64,000 nt of DNA from positions 67,272,001 through 67,336,000 of the forward strand of contig NC_087437.1 of the NCBI RefSeq assembly GCF_036321535.1, given 5' to 3'. The translations under genes and the position numbers were made by a program. The notes below the pieces were generated by a model, which made no database searches, had not been told where the DNA came from, and saw only the letters and a list, made by a program, of their open reading frames with translations. Of this stretch, positions 25,879 through 38,625 are shown one piece after another (positions within the stretch are counted from its first letter, which is position 1; every line of letters begins with the position of its first letter). The stretch comes from Camelus dromedarius. Lineage: Eukaryota.

Positions 25879-28089
25879 TTATCCACACAATGAGTATTAT
25901 ACAGCTATAGGAAAGAAAGAAAAGAGAGGAGAGGAGAGGAAAGGGGAGGTTCTCTATGAACTGATTTGGGATGATTTCCAGAACACACTGTGAAGCACAT
26001 ATAGCAAAGTGTAAAAACAAAACAAAACAAAGAACAAAAACAAACTATTTCACTACCCTTCATATAAGGAAGATGAGGATATAAGAAAATGTACAGATAT
26101 CAGCACATTTGTACAAAAAATATAAGAAAGATGAATCAGAAATTATTTACCTACATGGACCTGTTGGAAAAGGGATTAAAAAGAAACCTTTAATAGAAAT
26201 AAGATAGTAGGGGTGAGAAGGGAGCAGCTCTTCCCTGAGTACGCATTTTTGTATAACTTTGACATACCACAATCATGTAGTTTCATATTTTCTCCTCCCC
26301 CTGCCCCACAATAAATCAACCAGGATGTCGGAGGAATCCAAAATGAGTACAGTGACTAATGAACATAGCTGTATTATGAGTAAATAACTACAGTGAATAG
26401 AATAAGGAAGAAAATAACCTGAGTAACTTCGGAAAATATTATTTTCACTGAATGCTGTAAGACTAAAGATAAAAGGAATTGTACACAGATACTATATTCT
26501 TGTTAATAAATCTGCTTTTACAGAGCTTTGTTTCAGCAATTCTGTAACTACTTTATGTGTGTCCTAGGACTGAACAAATAAGTGACTATGTTGTAGATAA
26601 TGAGAACCAAGTATCTTACTAGAAGAGAAAGAAGTTACAAATAGGGAAACGGGGAAGGCTAGAATAAACATTGTGATATTACATTAGAATTGGAGGTATC
26701 AGTATAAATTCATACATACATATATATATATAAATATGAGTATATATCACGTGTGTAAATATACATATAGACAGATCTAAAAATTAATGTATATATATGC
26801 ATAGGTTATTGTACATATATGTACATTGCCAAGCTTTGTCCACTGAGAGGGTCTAAGAGAAATCTGCTCCACCATCCAGACCTTGGAAGACATGAGCATA
26901 CCCAGAACCTGGTTTTTTAAATGCCATTTTTCAGTAACAGGAACCAGGGTTCAGTAAATGAGTGCTTGATTCCAGGGCAGGGGCAGGGAAAATACAGGAT
27001 GGGCATTATGGTACCAGAAGTGTCTGAAAAATGATTGGGGCATGTCAAAAGGATACAAGAACCAACCTGAAGGAACTCCCAATGGCCACAGCTGGAACAA
27101 TTTGACCAATGCAATAAGTGATGGTAGTATTGGATTATAACCCATAAAATAAATAAATATCATTGAGTCATACTCATCCAAAATTTATAATTGAATATGT
27201 AAATAAGTGAGGGAAAAGTAATCGCTCTTTCTTACAGAAGAATTCCAATTAATGAATACAGAATGAGAGAGGTGAAAAAAATGACCATTAGGCAAATATC
27301 ACAGTATTAATTGTTGCAGGCAAAATCGACTGATGGATGCTGTATCAGTGGGGGGAAATTTCAGAGGAAAGAGACTATTAACATCATCTCAAAGTATCTC
27401 AGCCACTATATCAATTACAAAGGGGAAAACAGTAATTTGGCCGTGAAGAACCCCAACGGACACCACCCTAACTAAATGCTCAGTGTTAACATCATCAGTA
27501 TTAAGACTTATCAACATATGTACCCCTGAAATATTGTATGAGAACGACACAGCATGACTTCTGTGGTATTATTATAAAAATGCATAACCTCCATCTAATC
27601 ATTAGAAAACACTAGGCAAACCCAAACTGAGAGACAACCTTATCAAAAGTCCTAAGGCCATGAAAGGCAAGTAGAGATTGAGAAACTGTCATAGATTGGA
27701 GGAGGCTAAGGGAATACAATTAAATGCAACATAGAATCCTGGGTTAGATCCTGGAATAGAAAAAGGGCAATAGAGAATAAACTGGCAAAATTCAAATAAG
27801 GTCTTTAGTTTCGTTGATGGTATTGTATCTATGTTAATTTCCTGATTTGATAGTTGCTTTGATTCTGCAAATTGTTAGCATTAGGGGAAGCTGGGTGAAG
27901 GATATATATACAGAAATACAATAATACTTCTACTATTTTTGCAGCTCTTCTGTAAGCCTAAAATTGTTTACCAATAAAATGTAAAAAATTCAAATAAACA
28001 TAAAACAAAATATGCACAGTATTGTCCTTGGGATAATGATATTATTGATTTATCTACATACTGACTATACATTTTTGTAGTTTCCAAAT

Positions 28090-28940
28090 GTATGATTTGA
28101 AAACATGAAATATTTAAAATGTACTAAGGAGTAGAAAGAAACTATCAGACAACCGTGTACCATCCAAATTCAGTATTTTCTGCCATACTTTAGTATTTTT
28201 TAAAAGGACTTAAAATGTTACGGGCATTTCAAAGACCTCCTTTCTCATTCTGATCTTGTTCAGCTTCCTTCTTTCCAGAGGTGAATTTTACTCTGAAGTC
28301 CCTAGTATTTTTCTACCCGCAGTTTTACACAGAAGTCATGGTTGTACAATATTGCTTGGTGTGTTTTAAAGATATTTAATATATTATTATATTATAATGT
28401 ACAAATCCTACAACTTTTTTCATTCAACATTATATTTTCAGGATTTGTCCATGTACTGTTCATTTTAAATGCTCTATAGTGTTCCCTTGCATAGGTATAT
28501 ACATTTAACCATTCTTCTTTTGGAAGGACTTGTTTTCTTTCTTTTTCCTCCCTTTTTTAATATTACAAATAATGTTTACAATTACAATGTGGACAAAATT
28601 TCTTGTGAGCTGGTTTGCAGGTTTCTGTAATAAACCTCATAGAAGTGGAAATTCTGGGTTGTGGGATATGTTTATCCTGAACATTACTAAATATTGCCAA
28701 GTTTCTCTCCAAAGTAGTTACACCCATTTGTACTCCCACTAACAGCGTACGAGTTCCCGTTTCTTCACATCCTTGCCAACACTTCTATCATCAGGCTTTT
28801 AAAATTTGCCAATTTGATCAGTGTGAAATGATATTTCATTTTTGTTTTAATTTGCATTTTCCTGATTAGTAATGAGGTTGAACATCTTTTTGTATGATTC
28901 TTGGTCATTCGTGTTTCCTGTTCTCGAAATCACTTTTCAT
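28090..28940 (-). mobile_element. Old L1ME 3' region
   Basis: tactcccactaacagcgtacgagttcccgtttcttcacatccttgccaacac...ttaatttgcattttcctgattagtaatgaggttgaacatc. Confidence 0.8.
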
Positions 28941-29059
28941 ATCTAACTAACTTTGTGATAACTTTATGTGTACTGTAATAAAGAATGGAACAAATGGAAA
29001 ATCAGTGACCTCACCAATGATGCAGGGCTGGATGGCACAGCCTGATATAATATCTGTAG

Positions 29060-29490
29060 TCTTGGAGTCCTGTGTTTTGTTCCAGGTAATTGTCCAGAGA
29101 ATGGCTTTGGGGATGGTTCAGGGTCTGGAAATTATGAAGTATGAGAAATGATTGCAGCAATAAGGAATGTTTCTCCTGAAGAAGTGTCTTAGGAGGGATG
29201 TGACAGCTGTTTTAAAAAAATCAACAGGCTCTCAGGAGGCAGAGGGTATGTATGTATTAATATTGTTTCCAGGGTGCTACGGTTAGTGGTGGAAATTTTG
29301 AGGAAGCATATTTGGACTCAAGGTCAGGGAGACTTTTTTTTTAAACAGTTGGATTTATTCTGGGGTGGAATTGGTTACCTGGTCCCTGGACACGTTTTAG
29401 CTGTTTGCAGGCTCCTCTGACTGTAGTTAGATTCCTCTGCAGGGAAGGACCCTAGAGGGAATAATCTCTAGTCCAATTCAAAAGTCCATG
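29060..29490 (+). mobile_element. L3/CR1 LINE 3' fragment
   Basis: gggtctggaaattatg..tatgagaaatg..aaggaatgtttctcctgaagaag..gatgtgacagctgtttt pattern of CR1 3' ends. Confidence 0.65.
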
Positions 29491-29522
29491 CTTCTGTGTA
29501 GTAAACAATTCATAGAATGAAG

Positions 29523-29609
29523 TTCCAGGAAATCTACAAATGAGTCATTTTTTACAGTTTATAATTATGGTTGCTCAGTTAAAACATTGCTTGAGGTAAT
29601 GGTGAGTCA
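29523..29609. promoter_or_regulatory. Candidate enhancer motif cluster (one STAT/GAS, two AP-1)
   Basis: ttccaggaa 29523-29531; tgagtca 29541-29547 and 29603-29609; motif match only. Confidence 0.3.
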
Positions 29610-31582
29610 GTCTTTAATTTTCCTAAAATTCGTCAGCTAAACAAGTAAGCCTAAATTGGCTAACCCCAAAGCAGAGCATCAACTTCAAATTTGAACTTGA
29701 TTTTCATGATACTTCAGCCTCACTCCCTTTCCCCTTCTACTCCAGGTGACACTGCCTTTTGGGTGCTGTGATTCCTGTAGCTAGTGGATGTATAGACCCA
29801 GTGGTACCATTTTATCATTTGTACTAAAGGATGTGGAAGCATACAAGATAAATGGTGAAAGGTAAACCCTTTAGGGAAAGGAGAAAGTTATAGCATTAAG
29901 CAGAAAGTAGAGTTGTTTTTTGAGCAACGAAAGGACCCATTATAAATGGACTTGGGGTACAGCATGAGGAATTTTAGCTGGAGGGAGAATTTTCTGTTTA
30001 ATGGAACTTGAGGAATCCTTTCTGATGCTGTTTATAGAGAAAGACTAACAGGGAGTTAGGGTTTAGTTGTTATCTTCCCGGAAACTCACTCTTTGTTGGG
30101 ATGACCCTCAACAGGCCCTAAGTGGCCTCTAACACTCAAAGGTCCTGTATATTCTGAGGATCACAAGTGTTTCCCCCTGGGCTACTCTGGGATTTAAACT
30201 ATAGGGCCCCAGTCCAGTCACCCCGTGTTGACTCTGTTCCTCTGGTATTGTTTGTGAGGTTGCCCGGGGACTCCCCTGTGCTCCCAAGTGTCTTACTGCC
30301 CCCTTGGATCATGTCTTCCATTATTTTCTCTTCTGGGCCAGAAGGAGGCTAGTCCAGGTTGTTGTGTAGTCTGCTGGCTTTTTCTTACACATTGGGAATC
30401 AACAGTGATGCCTGGTACCCTTATTTCAGATGGAGGTATTACAGCCACTGCTTATTTATTTTTTTCCCCTCTGGCAAGACACCTTTAGAGGAAAAGCAGG
30501 TTCAAGAGACAGTGTAGACAGATTGCTACCCACCTCCCCAACTGTGACCCTCACTGTCTCTTCCATTAGAAAAATCTTTCCCATCGGCTCCTACCTGGAA
30601 GGTTCACTTGCCCAGCCTTCCAGTTGAGCTCAGATAAATCAGGATGCTGGTATGAGTGGAGTTCAGGCTCCTGAGGTGAGTGCCTACTCCCTAGGGGCTC
30701 CTGAAAATGGATATATGTTAAGAGTTTTGCAGAAATATTATTCTGGGTCGAGGACACATAGTAGTTGAAAGGAGACACCCAGCGAGGAAAAAAGAACTAG
30801 GAAGCAGCTGGGAAGAAATGTACAAAAGTAGGAATGCTAACACCAAGAGGACTGGAAAATTAAAGGGATTGAGTGAAGGAAGAAAAAAGTTGAAAATTTA
30901 TGTAAATACAGAGAATCAAAAGAAGGCTTTGAGAAAGAGATTAACATAATTATGATTATGAAAGTGTAAGATTTTGGCTAGATCATTAATTTGGATTCAC
31001 TGGTGGCAGTAAGTAAAGAAGCTAGTAGGAAGTTTGCTGAATAAATTTGCCTGGAGTTGATCGGAGTGTTCGTGTCTGCTTGGCCCTGTTCTGTAGCACA
31101 CGCTCTCGCCTTCCTTCCTGTAGGATGCACTTGGCATGACAGGAGCTGTGAGCTCAGAAGGACCTAAAATGTGCAGGGCAGTAACATTTGAGCATCTGCC
31201 CTGTTTTCTCCTGAAAAACCCCAAAGCCCTTTTTGCCATTTATAATGATTCCAAATGTTTGAAGAAAGCAGTTTATAAACTAAAGGATGCACAGAAAAGA
31301 GACCAGGAAACTGGGGAGTCGGAGAGATAATTATAGAGAAAAATGCTAATCCCTTGTAAGCAGCAGTAGTGATTTGGAAGAGGATTGATTGCCTTCAGGA
31401 TTTCTGAGTTGATTGTGTCCTGGGTGTACTTTGGACCAGTGTCTGATAGAAAATATTCTATCTTGATTTTTAGACTCTCTCAGACAACAGGAAGCCTTGC
31501 TTTTTGGATGCTCTGTGATAAGATTTGAGAGGAATCTGGGAAAGTCACTACTATCCAACAGTACTTCCCCAGTGGATTAGCA

Positions 31583-31840
31583 GAATGTCAGAACAGAGGA
31601 GGACCTTATGGAGGATCCAGACCAGTGTTCCCTGACAGGTGGCCGGGGTGCTTGAGGCGAGAGGGGTTCACATTTCCATGCCCCGGGAGAGTAGTGCATG
31701 TGATTAAAAAACCACATGGTTCTAGTTCCACCTCTTTATTTTAGGGCTGAGGAAATGGAAACCCAAAGGAGTTAAGTGATGTGCCCAAGGCATGTCAGTA
31801 TAGTAGCAGCAGAGCTCAGATTAGAGCTTTTACCCACAAC
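31583..31840 (-). mobile_element. MIR, possibly split by a small insert
   Basis: ctgaggaaatggaaacccaaaggagttaagtgatgtgcccaagg. Confidence 0.65.
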
Positions 31841-33199
31841 TCCTCCCACAGCACAGAGCTGCCCCACTACCAGGCCCTTCATTTCACTAACAGAGATTCA
31901 TCCCTCTGGGAGTGGGTTTTGCATTTCCAGCAGACCCCACCAATGTCAAATAGAACTTGGAAGCATGATGGATTGAATAACCCTTGAGTTTAGAAACTTA
32001 CAAATATCTGGACAAAGAGATGTTGAAAGGAAAGGAAGGAATGGAAGAAAAAAGAGAGAGAAGATGAATACAAGGGATGTATCTCAGGAAGGACAGCAGA
32101 GAACACAGGCCCGGAAGGGGTGCTGCGCGGGTAGTGGTCACGTTCAGGCACAGCCTGCTCTCACTGATGATGTGACCACGGCTAGGTGGGCGTGTGGCTG
32201 TAAGGCACTGGGGCTGGCTGTCAGGCGGGGCGTGTGGAGCCCGTCTTTTGACTTCAGTTTATAGTCAGCCCTCATTAGAATTTATATCATGACTTCGTCT
32301 TTGGGGCATCTCTAGTACTCTTGTTCAGTCTGAATTTATTTCTGGCTTCTCAAGCTTAGCCCACTTTAGGTCCAGGATGCCAGCCTGACTCTTCAGTGAA
32401 TCCCTTTGTGACCTGAGGCAGTGTGGAGCAATCACATGAAGGAGTGCAGGCTCCGCATGTAGCCAGAGCTGTGGCTCCTCTGGACCCCGCCACTTCCCAG
32501 GTTGCTGGGACTTGGGGTGCACCCTAACCTCTCCCCAGCTCTGTTTCTCTCTCTGTCAGGTGGGGTGGCTGCATGGCTTACAACAGGGAGTGTAACAGCG
32601 TGGGCACCTAGTTGGTACCAAATGTTGGTGTCCACTGCCCCTGACCCCCACCTAATCACAAGTGATCTTCTTGGATAAAATTCTTTTTTCATTTCAAAAT
32701 TCCTATGGCTTTTCTAGTCTTCTCCTTGGCTAATTTTCCTGTTGTTCTTCAAGTGTGTGCAAAGAGCCGTTTTGTTTCCCATTATAGAATCTCCAGCTTA
32801 TGTACATGTTGAAGTGCATTCAAAGGAGCTCAGTTTGTCACTGAGCTTCTTGGTTCCACCTTGCCACTAATTCTATAAGATACATTTGCATTGGGTGCTC
32901 AGAGATTACGCCAGCTCCTTGAAACCCCACAATCACATGTAATAACCATTCAGTTTTACTCTCCCCAGGTTACAGGACATGGCAACCGAATTAGTCACCT
33001 TGTTTAGGATAAATTCCTTATGAGGCTCCGTTCTGCATAAAATAAAGCCCATGTCCTCTCTTTATGCCTCTTCATCCTCACAGAAGTCAATCTGTCAGAG
33101 TCCACTCCACGGCAGCCTGGAAGGATCAGTTACTTTTGTGAAAGGGAGCTCTCAGTTTTCCTTAAGGGCGCGGGGTTTTAGATATGCCCCTCTGCTCCC

Positions 33200-33485
33200 G
33201 AGACAGGCCTCTGATTTGCATCTGTGTTGTGACAGGGTGATTATGCATGTTGTGAATAAACATGCTTGTGTACGCATGTGTGCTGTCACAGCAATGAGTA
33301 GCATCCAATAAATACCGGCTTAAGAGCATGCCAACATCTTCCCAACAGCTGGCACAGCTGAAAACTCGCCTGCCTTATTAACACTCCACTTATCTGGAAT
33401 CTGCTCACTGAGCAGAAACAAATTCATAAATTTCTGCAGTTCGCATTCCACCTTGCCATTGCTCATTGCCATTACCGTTGACCTC
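33200..33485. promoter_or_regulatory. Candidate conserved non-coding/enhancer element
   Basis: Non-repeat sequence with octamer atttgcat (33214), inverted tgacag/ctgtca sites and two cagctg E-boxes (33346, 33355). Confidence 0.35.
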
Positions 33486-34299
33486 ACTCCCTCCTGGTCT
33501 AGAGCGGATAGGCTTCCCCTTGCCCTGTCTGCTCCCTGTCCCCACCTCTGCCTATCCACTTCAGAGCCAGAGTCGAGGTGAAAGCTTGTGGCTGGGGCCA
33601 GGGCTGAGAAGGAAGCATGACGATTTTTTTTTCCTTCATTCTGGAGAAGGTGACATTTCCAGACTCCCTTCTCCCTTCTGTCTATTTGTAACCTCCTTCT
33701 GAGGCAGAGAGGTCCAAACCTTCTTCCAAACGGGAGAGAAGGAAAGAGGCAGGCAGTAATTTGGTTGTCCAGGAAAATATCCCCTCTCAGTGTCTTTCAG
33801 ACATTAGTCAGTTGTGTTCTCGATGTCTGTCGGTTTCTCTTAATCATTCTAATCTAGTTCCCCAGCCTTTTAACCTTTCTCTCCTTTGCCCTGACTCTTT
33901 TACTCCATGTTGTGCTGTCAGCTGTTTCATTAGCTACAGTTCGCAACTCATAGCAGCCACTTAAATATTTTCAGGCCAGGTGCCTTTCTTTATTGCTGTG
34001 TTGGGTAAGGGAAGCTGATTCCTTCTCTCCCCTTTCTCACACTCCCCTCCCCTGCCAGCACATTGCCCTTGATTTTAAATGGAGGTCTGCCTGCTCTCTG
34101 AGGTCCCTCCCAAACTGCCCCTCTCCGCCCCCGCCCCCGCCCCAGTACACTGGAGAGGCAGCTCCTGAACACAGCAGAACCTCTGAGCCGTGGCTTCATT
34201 AAAAATCGCATCACGGACTTGGTTTTATTTTTTTCCCTCCCTGACTTGATGAAAACAAAACAAGAAGAGGTGGGGAGGGAGGAAGGAGAAGAGGTAGAA

Positions 34300-34570
34300 G
34301 TGAATTGCTTAATGGAGACACTCAGTCTGAATATTTAATATGCTGATTTTATTGAATAAAGGGTGAAAAAGTGGTTCTTGTTTGTTGCTTGCCTGTCAAA
34401 CCATGGCAAACAAGCATTCTTTTCCCTGACTGGAGCTTTTTATTACTGTATGGATTCTAGAGTGTAATTATGCCCTATATCTGAGCTGCATTATACACGC
34501 AATTATAATTCCCTGGCTGAGCTATTTATTTATTACCAGGGGAGATATTTGTTCAGTTTCCTTGGAGGTT
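34300..34570. promoter_or_regulatory. Candidate conserved non-coding element
   Basis: Non-repeat AT-rich block dense in TAAT/TTTAT and forkhead-like motifs; GC boxes upstream at ~34125-34143. Confidence 0.3.
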
Positions 34571-34924
34571 TTCTTCTTTTTTCTTTTTTTGCTGGTGCCT
34601 CTCATTGCCTTGTCCTTCATCAAGATGGAGTGTCCAGGAGGAGCCCCTCCCTGCTCGGGGCCCCTGGCTTGTCTGTTGACAGTTATGACCAACTTCCTGG
34701 TTACATTTATTCATGTTGGAGAAAGATGCTGGGCAAGAGAAATTTCAGGGCTATAAATGTTTGAGAATGTTGGCACTGTTTTCAGAGCTTTCCTGGGAAG
34801 GACTTTTTATTCTAGCTATTATCATCTTATGAAGTCTGATTTGGAATCATTTTAGAAAATAGCTTTCTCTGGGTACAGCCTGCCTGCCTAGCAGTTCATA
34901 AAGAAAGAGCCCCCGGCTAAACAG

Positions 34925-35685
34925 AATTCAGGTCAATAAACATTTGTTGAGGATCTTACCATGAGCTGGGCACTGTGCTGGGCACCAGGGCATGGAGATG
35001 TGGAAGGCTCGGTCTTTACCCTGGAAGGTCTAACAGCTCATTGTGAAAAACAGCTCCATCATTAATTATCTGAGAAATGTAGTAAGTGCTGCAACACTGG
35101 TTCTTACATTCATTTAAAATTTTTTCTGATGTCATCCTGTGTCTCATCCGTAGGTGGGGGATAGAGATGTAATTGGAGAGAAAAGATACCATCTTTACCT
35201 TCAGCGGGGATCTCTACCCACATTGTAGGCAAGTTGAAAGGGGACCAGACAGACAGAAATAAAATCAGCAAATAAATAAATAATTTGAGATACTAACGAT
35301 TTCCAGGAGAAGGAAATGGGAAAACGTGATTGAGAATGTCTCGAGGTGGAAAAGGTGGGGAAGTGTAGTTAGAGAAGGTCTGTTTGAGAAGGGGTTACTG
35401 GAGCTAAGACTTAAGTGATGAGAGGGAGTTGGTCATGGGGTGAACTGGGGATGTCTGGGGGAAGGGCTTTCTGGGCAGCAGGAACAGTTAAGTCCAAGAG
35501 ATCTGAGGCAGGGACTGCAAGAAGGACGTCTGGTTGGAGCACAGTGAGGGAGGAAGAGAGGAGAAGGATGAGGGTGGGGAGGTGGCTGGGACTGGGTCCC
35601 TTAGACCCCTGTAGGCTGTGGAAAGGTGTCTGGGGTTTTATTCTATTTGTGATGGGAAATCATTGCACGTCATCTGATAGGATTG
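34925..35685 (-). mobile_element. L2 LINE fragments
   Basis: caataaacatttgttgag..ctgggcactgtgctgggcacc and gaagggctttctgggcagcaggaacag. Confidence 0.75.
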
Positions 35686-36000
35686 TAGTCAGGGGTTCCA
35701 TTCTTTCTTAGCCTGATAGGCACAACTTCCAAACTAGGGCAATCGGGTGTTCCCTTCCTGGAACAGGAGGAGGAAAAAGTTAATAAAATTGTCTGGGATC
35801 TCCCACTTCTAGGAGACTTATGGTGGCTACTGCTTATCAGGTATCTTATTTATCATCTGACACTATCCTGGGCCCTGTCCATTTTCAAGGCTGGTTTTCC
35901 AGTCTTCCATTGATCCTGTGAACCTCAAAATTACTTCTAACAAATTTCTTTCAGATTAAGTAACAAGGTTTTGTTGCAACCAAAGAACTCAAATTGAGAT
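35685..36000 (+). mobile_element. Old ERVL/MaLR-type LTR fragment
   Basis: tgtagtcagg start and ttgttgcaaccaaagaactc near the end. Confidence 0.4.
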
Positions 36001-36076
36001 AAAGAGGTACTTAGAACCTTCCTGTTTATTCTGGCTCAGGACGCAAGATGTTGAGATCTTAAACTTTAAGTTTCAG

Positions 36077-36167
36077 GGAGGGAAGGTATAGTTCAGTGGT
36101 AGAGTGCATGCCTAGCATGCGTGAGGTCCTGGGTTCAATCCCCAGTACCTCCATTTAAAAAATAAAT
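36077..36167 (+). mobile_element. tRNA-derived SINE (camelid Vic-1 type)
   Basis: A box tagttcagtggtaga, B box gggttcaatccc, A-rich tail; TSD aaactttaagtttcag (36061-36076) vs aaacttgaggtttcag (36168-36183), 14/16 identical. Confidence 0.92.
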
Positions 36168-37789
36168 AAACTTGAGGTTTCAGTTTTAGCTACTTTTAGG
36201 GATCAGCTTATCCAGGAAATTGTTACATTTTGATTTCTTTCTGTGCTAGGTTGGTCTAAGTCATCTCATCTGAAATTTTGATGTATCTCTGAAAGCTTGC
36301 CTTCCCCAATATAGTTGGGCTACTATATTGGATTTTTGAGGCATTTGAGAGGAATCCTGAATGAAGGCAAATTTGAACTGGCAGAGATAAGGAGAAACAT
36401 CTTCGGAATCTGATTTTCATTTTCTATCTTGTCTCTAAACAACTTGCATCTAGGCCTTATTCTTTTTTGGGATCTCAGAATTCAAACATTGATTGCTGCT
36501 TCCTATTGATTTTCTAATTCTTTTATATCTTTTACATTTTTGTAAAAATGTGTCCAGGTGGCATGAGAATAATTTTCTTCTCGCTATGGCTAAAAGGTTC
36601 AGTACTTAGTTGTGAAGAATTTATTTTAATCGTTCTACTTTTAGATGTCTCTTCTCTTCTTTCTTTGAGTCTTTCAAATATTCTTTTCTTTTTTTCCTAG
36701 TTTTTAATCTCTCAAACTTATAATAACTTTTTTGAAATACAAATACTTTAAAAAGAAGTCAGTCTTTTTAATTAGGATTTTAATACATTTTCCCATTTGA
36801 ATATTTTTCTCTTGAATTTTGCTTTAATTGAAATGACACACATTTGCAAATAGATTATCATCATTTCTCTTATTCATTTCCATTTCTAGTTTAGTTTGTA
36901 ACTAAACTTAGGCCATAAAGTCCAAAGACAAGTGATCTATATGAATCCTTGGTGCCACAAATATATTTTTTTCTTAGAGATTATGTTTTTGGTCAAATTT
37001 ATATCAAAGGGTAGGAGAAAGGAAGAGATGGATACAGTTAGCTGTGGGAGTGTGCCTACTGTGAAGTTTATGACAAAAGGGGGATTTTTGATGTGTTATA
37101 GGGACAAGCAAGGTTCTTTGCTACCATTTTGTACTCCTTTAGCACCTTTATTTTGAGGGCTGATTTATTTATTTATTCATTTGCCAAAGAGAATTAACTT
37201 GTTCAAAAATCCTAAACCATTAAGAAATCTTCTAAAGCCATGCAAAAGATATCTAGACCAGCAACAAAGCAGACTGCATCAATGGATGGAGATGGCTAAG
37301 TAGATAGGCGTTCTAGTACAGGTTGATAAGTGGTATTATCATGAGTTAAGTACAAGATGCTTTAGTGTAAGAGAGAGCTCCCCTTCAGGCTTGTGGTGGG
37401 GAGTAGTTCTCAAAGGAAGGGATGTTTAAATGAGACCTGAAGGAGAAGTAAGAGTTAGCCAAGCAAGAGTAGAATTCTAGAGGGAACCATGTTTACCTAC
37501 AAAGGGCTGCAGGTGAGCACATGGTACATCTCAGCACCTTTAGTGTGGCCGAAGCTTAATCCAGCGAGGGATGATGATGGAGAGGCAACTGGAATGTGCT
37601 AGAGTATACGTAAGACTGTCGTCATGTGTGATGTAGATTTGGCCTTCATACTCTTTCTTACCTGGTGCTCACTTTGGCTATGGGTCCTGGTTTTCTCATT
37701 GTTCTAAAGGAAATACTGATATCTCTTGACAAGGTGGTGGTCAGACTGAATGACAGAGCATATACCTGGTGCAGAGAATAGTATAGGTA

Positions 37790-38364
37790 TAGTAGGGAAA
37801 ATTCCAAGTCCTCCCTAAAGATTTTCTGCCCTGTTCTCCAGGGCTGTAAATAAGCAGAGATATCACACCCATGATTATGTTACATTAAACAACAAAAAGA
37901 TTTTGCAGATGTAATTAAGTTTTCTAGTCAGTTAAGTTGGAGTCATTTAAAAGCAGAGATGTTTTACCAGGTAATAGGAGAAGAAGTCAAAGAGATTCCA
38001 AGTGTGAGAAGAATTCAGTACATCTTTGCTGGCTTGAAGATGGAGGGTCCCGTGTGTCAGGGAATGAAGAAGGTCTCTAGAAGCTGGGAACAGATGCTGG
38101 CAGACAGCCAGCAAAGAAATGCAGACCTTTGTCGTACAATCTCAAGGCGCTGAATTCTCCCAACAACCTGAATCAGATTAGAAGTGAATTCCTCACTAGA
38201 GTTTCCAGATCGGAGCACGGTCCAGATCACACCTTGATTTCAGCTTACGGGATTTAAGCAGATAACCCAGTTGAGCTCACTCAGATCTGACCCACAGAAC
38301 TGTGAGATGGTGAATAAGTGTAGTTTTGTGGTAATTTGTTATGCAGCAATAGCAAGTGAATACA
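37790..38364 (+). mobile_element. MLT1D/E-type MaLR LTR
   Basis: gattttgcagatgtaattaag...tttgctggcttgaagatggagg...gtggtaatttgttatgcagcaatag..aataca. Confidence 0.85.
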
Positions 38365-38374
38365 GTGAATATTA

Positions 38375-38625
38375 AACGTATGGAGCTTTGGAACTGGACC
38401 TGAATTCTGGTCCTGAGTCTTCCATTCACCATTTTAATGATTACAGGTAAATTCCTTAGTGACCTCTCTGAGCCTCAGATTCCTCACCCATAAAAAGAAA
38501 TAGAAATAGAAATATGATTTAACTTACAGAATTAGTAGGAAGACCAACTGAGGAAATGTATGGAAAGTACAGACGTCAGAGTAAATGTGCAGTATCTAAA
38601 TGTTAGCTGTTTTTGCTACTACCAT
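38375..38625 (+). mobile_element. MIR SINE
   Basis: gacctctctgagcctcagattcctcacccataaaa. Confidence 0.8.

Larger units (their letters stand above)
24440..28000 (+). mobile_element. L1MC3/MC4-type ORF2 end and long 3' UTR, interrupted by LTRs
   Basis: ORF2 3' motifs at 24440-25170; ttccagggcaggggcagggaaaataca; ends ttttgcagctcttctgtaagcctaaaattg. Confidence 0.8.

Noticed and set aside
25499..26020. 173-aa ORF
   Set aside because: Spans L1 3' UTR and LTR sequence with no recognisable domain.
36077..36155. tRNA gene (A and B boxes), also at ~54365-54437
   Set aside because: The A-rich tail and TSDs mark both as SINE retrocopies.
36306..36331. 10-bp hairpin ccaatatagt/actatattgg
   Set aside because: An isolated short inverted repeat, plausible by chance in 64 kb of AT-rich DNA.
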